Shown: piece after piece, positions 57,473-64,000 of the stretch
Layout: every line of letters begins with the position of its first letter
Numbering within the stretch: position 1 is the first letter of the stretch
Assembly: GCA_012295275.1 (NCBI GenBank)
Contig: CM022673.1
Location: 6,820,001 to 6,884,000 of the forward strand
DNA from: Chrysomallon squamiferum
Lineage: Eukaryota; Animalia; Mollusca
Reading direction: 5' to 3'
Length of the DNA: 64,000 bases
Made by a program: the position numbers and the translations under genes
The notes under the pieces: model-generated
Databases searched by the model: none
Told to the model about the DNA's origin: nothing
The model's input: only the letters and a program-made list of their open reading frames with translations

Positions 57473-58481
57473 ATAACCTTCCTAATTCAGAAGAGTCCTC
57501 AGTTAATATCATTTTTTTCTTTTCTTCGTTTGACGGTAGCCCTCCATTATTCTCAGATACTGGATTCGACTCTGAATTATAATAAAACACAATTTGCATT
57601 TCCTAGAGAGAAAACCAGTTGTTGCCTTTTCATCCACGTACTCTTACATCTGACATTCCTGGGTTAACAAACTCAGATTCAGTGAACACGAGCAGATCCA
57701 CCAGATAAAAAGCTAAAGGCTATTTTATTATTTAGGATGTTTTTTTTTCTTTTTAAGATAATCTGCAACAACAACAATATCAGCAACAACAACTACAACA
57801 ACAACAATAATAAATGATGATGATGATGATTATGACGATGGTAGTGATGGTAATAATACTAATAAATCCCAGACTGGTTGACAGATAAAGAAGGGAGGTG
57901 TAAGATTATTATACTGTGACCCCCTTCGGGTCCGCGCTCGGCGTAGGACATATTTTCCACTGCAGTTTGATACATCTGATGACACACTGTGATTATTTTA
58001 ATGTACAGAAACGTGTCAGACGTTGTTATGTCGCCGCGGGCTGTCAGTGAAAACGTCATCATTGCAAAGCACTATGATATGACACAGCGTTAACCACGGC
58101 GTCTTGACGTCATGTGGTTTCAGTGTCAGCAACCCCTTAACGATGCCCAGCAGAAAGTGATCTGTTTCGTAACTAAAATATATTTCAGGGCAGATCCACA
58201 AATCAGTGTTTTTTTTTTTTTTTTGGGTTTTTTGTTGTGTGTGTGTGTGTGTGTTTTTTTTTTTTAATTAAGAAGCCGCTCTCAAATTAGTTCTGGTTTT
58301 GACCTTGTTTGTTGATTCGTTATTTGTCCATTGACTCAAACATTGAAACAAATAAACTCTAATTCTCTCTCTCTCTCTCTCTGTTACTCTCGCACGCAAA
58401 TACAAATTCTTCGAAACTTTTTAATTCAACACTGTGAATCACTTTCTTTTTCTTTGTATCTCCTCTGACTAATCATTCTGA

Positions 58482-58549
58482 ACTGCTGCCCATGACGGGA
58501 TACGAACTCGAAAATTAAACGTGCTTAAAACCGAAATTTACTGAGAGTC
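58482..58549 (-). mobile_element. Possible degraded tRNA-like SINE head
   Basis: Minus strand TCTCAGTAAATTTCGGTTTTAAGCAC followed by B-box-like GAGTTCGTATCCCG. Confidence 0.25.
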
Positions 58550-60606
58550 ACATCAAAAAAAAAAAAAAAAAAAAAAAATTATTAAATAATATCACCTGTA
58601 CCACAAAATTAAGAACCCCACTAAAATTATTAAATTAAATCACTTACACCATAAAATTAAAACCCCAAGGAAAATTATACGTATCTGTGTACCAAATCAA
58701 CCATAAAAAGCCAATTCGTTTCAGCATTTTAATTTCTTAATAGTAAGTTCGTTCAAGGCAGAGTCATGCTCGGTGCTCGCATGGTTTCGCAACACTGGCT
58801 ATCTGTTTTAATAATCTACAAGTCAGAAAATCGCGGTATTTATCTGAATTTGTCTTTTACCTCATTTGATTATCGTTAAAGATGCAGGTGTCCAAACCGC
58901 AGGGCGCAAACAGCTGATAATTGTAGTTTTTAACCTGTTGTTTGATTTTTTTTTTTTTTTTTTTTTCTTCAACAATTTGGCCACATGACCTTGATTCGTA
59001 CATACAAAGAGACTCTTTATCTGACAGTTTGTCTGTCTATTGTTTTCTTTCTCCATATATAAATATATATATATATAATTATCTGAATATATATTGCTCC
59101 ACGTAGGAATATATGTCTCTCCCTATTTCTAACAGTCTCTCTACCTGCCTGACATGTATGTATGTATGTTTGTATATTTGTATGTATGTATGTTTGTATA
59201 TGTGTATATATGTATGTTTGTATATGTGTATGTGTGTATGTTTGTATATATATGTATGTATGTATGTGTGTATGAATGAATATATGTGTGTTGGTGTGTA
59301 TGTATGTATGTATGTATGTATGTATGTGTGTATATCTATCTATCTATCCATATAGAAAAAAAAAAATGTTGCAGTTTTGAGCAATTTATTATTTGTTTTA
59401 CTTTCATGAACGAACCATTCTTTTAAACACTAAAGTTGTATATCTGTCAAGTGATGTGTAGGTGTTTTTAATGCAGTCATTTTGAACTATCGAATTTGGA
59501 AGCTTGTTTGAGAAATTTCATCGCTGTGACTTATCTAAATATATTTTTCATTGCCGTTAAAGCGTCTCATTTGGCTAAAAATTACAGTGCAGCGGCATGA
59601 TGTGTAATTACTTTTAAATTTAACTACAGTTTAAGTTAAGTGGCTTAAAAAGTGAGAAATTAAATTAATGAAAAATAAAGCTAAATTATTAAAACATTAT
59701 ACAGAATATATTTAAAACTATTTTTAATGAATATAATGAATATAAAAAATATTTAAAAAAAAAAAAAAAAAAAAAAAATATCGTATTTATATATATAAAT
59801 GATTTTTAAAAACGTTTTTTTTGGTATATTTTTTTTGGTAAATTGTGATTCATTTATTTATGTTAATTTTTGTATATTTCACGTTTTGCTGATACGTATT
59901 TTGTGCATGTAATTTTATGAATCGCCATTTTGTTGTATTTTTCTCAGGTTTGTCACCCAATAGTCGATATATTTTTTTCGTGTATTTCTTTGCGGGGGTA
60001 TCGTTAAACATTCATTCAGTTCAGTTCAGTTGCAATTTTATGTGCATTTTTTTATCATCGCTTTTGTTTTTTTCTATCTCTCACCGCAGATTTCTCTGAT
60101 TCCGCGAAATCCTTGTATATTTTGTCTGCTAAATTTAAGAATTATCCCCCTTGAGCTCTTGTATAAAGAATGACCGTCTTTGATATGTTAAAGGTATTGC
60201 CACATTTTCTACATTTCACGATATTTCTATAAAAATTTCCCGGCATTTGACGTAAGTTGATAAAATTCAGTTTTGTAAACAAAATATTAAATTTATTTAT
60301 TGGATACTATTAAAAAATGTAAGAGAAAGAATTCATTTATGATTACAATTATTAATACTTTATATACATACACAGATACTTACCTGCCTATGTACATATA
60401 TATGGACGGACATAATATATACATATGTACAAACATACATATTTACGTACATTCATACATACATTACATATACATACTTACAAACATGCATACTTTCATG
60501 CATTTACACATACATACATACATACATACATACATACATACATACACATACATATATGCCGTCGTACTTATATCCACATAAACACCTATGAAAATAAATA
60601 CTCTAT

Positions 60607-60657
<51 letters not shown>

Positions 60658-60679
60658 GTACACACACGCACACACACAC

Positions 60680-60723
<44 letters not shown>

Positions 60724-61089
60724 CCTGAACAGCAGCACAGACAAAAGGGAGACGCTGTCCAACAAGTCTTTTATGAAATTTTGTACTGATTGGACATAAC
60801 AAGTGATGAGACATTTAAGACACGTGACTTGAATACAGAGTCGACGTCGACGTTCCACAGTAGCGACGTAATGTCTGATTTTCGCGTAGCAAACTGTCTC
60901 AACGCTTCGTAGATTAATAGAAAAAAAAAAGAAACACGCACACACACACACACGCAGACACGTACACACACACAAACACACACACACACAAACACACACA
61001 TATATATATATAAAATAAATAAAAAATGTAATAATAATAATAATAATAAATAATAATAAATACTACTACTACATCTAATAATAATAAAC

Positions 61090-61146
<57 letters not shown>

Positions 61147-61255
61147 TTAATTAAAAACTAAAAAGTGTAAATGCTCACGTACACACACAAAGACACTTAT
61201 TCAGGAAACAATCCATCCATCGATCCATCCATCTGTATTTCGTTCTTCGTTAAGT

Positions 61256-61300
<45 letters not shown>

Positions 61301-61434
61301 ATGGCTGTGCCGTATTAATTTTGTATCTGCATAATATTCGTTCTGTTCTGGGTACGGGTATGTGTGTTTGTCTGTGTGTGTGTGCGTTTATAACCACAAT
61401 CCCCTAACTTCTATCTATTTTAGCAAAAGGCTGT

Positions 61435-61625
61435 GTGACAGGGCGGGCTTAATGTTCACACATTAATAGATATATCACTGTAACGTATTACTGTGACGAT
61501 GGTTCAGAAAGTGGGATCAAGCGTGAACACTAAGGAAGTAAGCACAGGGTCAAAACGTCACAGGCTGTCGACCAATCAGATTTCGTTTTCGACCGATAGC
61601 TGCATATATTTATATATGTATACTT
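61435..61625 (+). promoter_or_regulatory. Candidate proximal promoter
   Basis: GC box GGGCGGG at 61441, half-CRE ACGTCA at 61555, CCAATCAG at 61572 and TATA-like TATATTTATATA at about 61605, in canonical order before an ATG exon. Confidence 0.5.
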
Positions 61626-61656
61626 GTTGACCTGAATTAAAACAAAAACCGCATGA

Positions 61657-61704
61657 ATGAGCACACACGCGGAAATTAGAGAATATTCATCTTTTTATAA
61701 CAAG
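61657..61704 (+). CDS. Candidate alternative first coding exon MSTHAEIREYSSFYNK (phase 0)
   Basis: 16 open codons ending at a strong donor AAG|GTAAGC, directly after promoter motifs. An out-of-frame ATG at 61653 gives a short uORF. Confidence 0.45.
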
Positions 61705-63644
61705 GTAAGCAGGGAATCTGTTTATTACTAAACAAGCTATCGGCGAGTACACACACACACACACGCACACAGAGAGAGAGAGACAGACGGACACCCGCGC
61801 AGACACGGATTACGATGCGCTGGTAAAGCCACTGCAAGAACCGAAAACAAACAAACAGTACGTTGAATATTTTTGTATATTTTTTTTTTACTATATTTGT
61901 GCTTGTCGTTTTAATATCAGTGATAGTACAGTGTCGAGGTTTTGGTGATACCTTATTTATATCGACATCCGAGTGGAAATATTTTTATAAAATTATGTTT
62001 ATGAAATTTATTACTGATTTTTATTCTGATCCTTTAGAAACATAGTAACAGGTTAGAGACAGGAATTAATTAATGAATATTTATCAAACATTTTTTAAAA
62101 TTTTAAATATTATTAAAGCCAGTATAAATGATTAATATGCTATTTTGTTACTATTTTAAATATAGCCCTCACTTTATGTTTGGAAAAGCAATAAGCAGGG
62201 ACTAATGTGTACTATATCTATATTGGAAAGAAATATTAATAAAAATAATTTATTTTTAGAAACGACAATAAGTAGAACAGGTTTAATATATGTTTTTAGA
62301 TTTGTAGAATGTATTTTGTTATCGCTTTTCCACAATATTTTAACACTTCGAGCAAATGGAATGTTTGTTTTGTAATTTTTAATTTGTTTATTTTTTTTAA
62401 AATTATATACACAGACACCCTTTTGTTTTTGAAATATTTGTTGGGTTTTTGTTTTTTTTTTTTTTTTTTTAATGAATGTTTTCAGGTAATTTCAATATAT
62501 TCTCGTTTTGCTTATTGTAAAAAAAAAAAAAAAAAAAATTATATATATATTTATATAGTTCATCATTTTACTGATTAACTTATTGATTAATTTTTTTTTT
62601 TTTTTAATTTTTAAAAAAAACAATACTTAGCCTACTTCAAAAAGAACGTATGTTTTTATTTATTTTCTAATTTATTATTAATTTACCTGATCTTTATTCT
62701 TATATACCAAACCGCAAATCCGAAAACCGCATTTTTCGGTTTCCTTGTAGTAATATTTGTACAGTCGGATTTGTTTTCATCTTTAAAAAAAAAAAAAAAA
62801 AAAAAAAAAGTAGTAAGAGGAGCGGATCCATCGGTGTAATGTCCTTGTTGGACGGGATTTCGACCTCACCCTCCTCGTTTGCTTAAAACCCCTACTTGTA
62901 CGAAACAGTTTTAAACCACAAAAATCCAGAGTGTTTGTATCTTTAACAAACTGTACCAAGAAAGAAACAAAGCAATGTGTTGAAAGTATATATATATATA
63001 TAAAAAAAAAAAAAAAAAAAAACTGTTGTTCTTGCGATGTTCACACCAGCTTGACAAACGGTAACTGTAAATAAATGAAACAACCCGCTGAAAGTGTATG
63101 AAATATATATTTAGCTGTGTGTACTGGCGTCACTAAACGTCCAGCTAACCTCTTACTCATAAACATTCGTAGCGCTGAAATGTACCGAGTAATAATCTAC
63201 TTTTTTTCTTTTAATGGCTCTTAAGGGCACATCCACCGAAATCGACAGGGACACCTTGACCATAACTAATCTGTTGAACGCTGAAAACAAAATTCTCGAA
63301 AAGTCTGTTTTTACGGTTTAGTCGGTGTGAAAACGGTCTAGTGAAAATTCGGAGGGTGTGAGATATTAAGAAATAATTTCGCCCCATCTATGAATACGTT
63401 TTTGATCCTCCCTGAGTTTTGTCAGTTTGATTTATCCTAAACCCTCAGTTAAATGTTTTTTTTTTTTTTTTTTTTTTGTATGCGTGTCAGTACAATTAAA
63501 GTTGAAGCTTGGTTTGTTTGTTGGTTTTGTGGTAAATGAAACAGTTGATTAGTGGTGTGTAAGTGTGTATGTAGGTGTGTGTATATCTGTGTGCGTGTCT
63601 GTGTGTGACTGTGTCTGGGTCAGACTGTGTATTAGCATATGTAA

Positions 63645-63650
63645 ATGAAG
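63645..63650 (+). CDS. Candidate alternative start exon end, ATG AAG (phase 0)
   Basis: TAAATGAAG|GTGAGA with an Inr-like TCAGT at about 63487; short enough to be chance. Confidence 0.25.
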
Positions 63651-63923
63651 GTGAGAATGTAAAGGTATGTTTTACACTTTAATGTGGATACAAAGAGATA
63701 ATGGGTGAAAGAACAAAACAAGCGAAAATAAATAAAAGATTGAGAAAAGATTAGAGTACAAACTGAAAGATATTTAAATACTCACAGACAAAGATTGTTA
63801 GAGATAAGGAGAGATAAATCTAAAGAACTGGCTCTTTTAATTTTAAGGATATTCAACATTTATTCACAGTGTAGCTGAGACTTGACATTCATCTTATATT
63901 ATTATTATTATTATTATTTATTA

Positions 63924-63999
<76 letters not shown>

Positions 64000-64000
64000 T

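Noticed and set aside
60376-60388. U1 snRNA gene (ATACTTACCTG)
   Set aside because: The match stops after 11 nt inside degenerate (TACA)n sequence, with no U1 stem-loops or Sm site.

Overview
Eukaryotic (animal) genomic DNA, not prokaryotic. It is very AT-rich, saturated with microsatellites and poly(A/T) tracts, and broken by short CpG-containing islands carrying CCAAT, CRE, E-box, GC-box and X-box motifs. Nearly all entries in the ORF track are simple-repeat artefacts, and no complete protein-coding gene is visible. My best reading is an intergenic/5' region between two divergent spliced genes. The first is a minus-strand gene leaving the left edge, whose first coding exon (2006-2071, MADVSVELTDEQKQELSNIFGT|GTGAGT) looks like an EF-hand entry helix; it may have an upstream alternative promoter and exon pair (about 15308, 14390, 10778-10652). 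The second is a plus-strand gene whose body lies beyond the right edge. It is represented only by candidate 5' exons (donors at 37190, 37685, 40999, 43283, 61704, 63650); four of these carry an ATG-initiated frame ending in phase 0, in a CRE-rich landscape. Mobile DNA comprises a clear fossil Tc1/mariner transposase (about 31490-32160), several decayed copies of a tRNA-derived SINE with a Nin-like core (resembling, from memory, gastropod mollusc SINEs), and a possible L1/Tx1 endonuclease remnant. I did not find a convincing novel biological system. All exon and promoter calls are read by eye and need RNA evidence.
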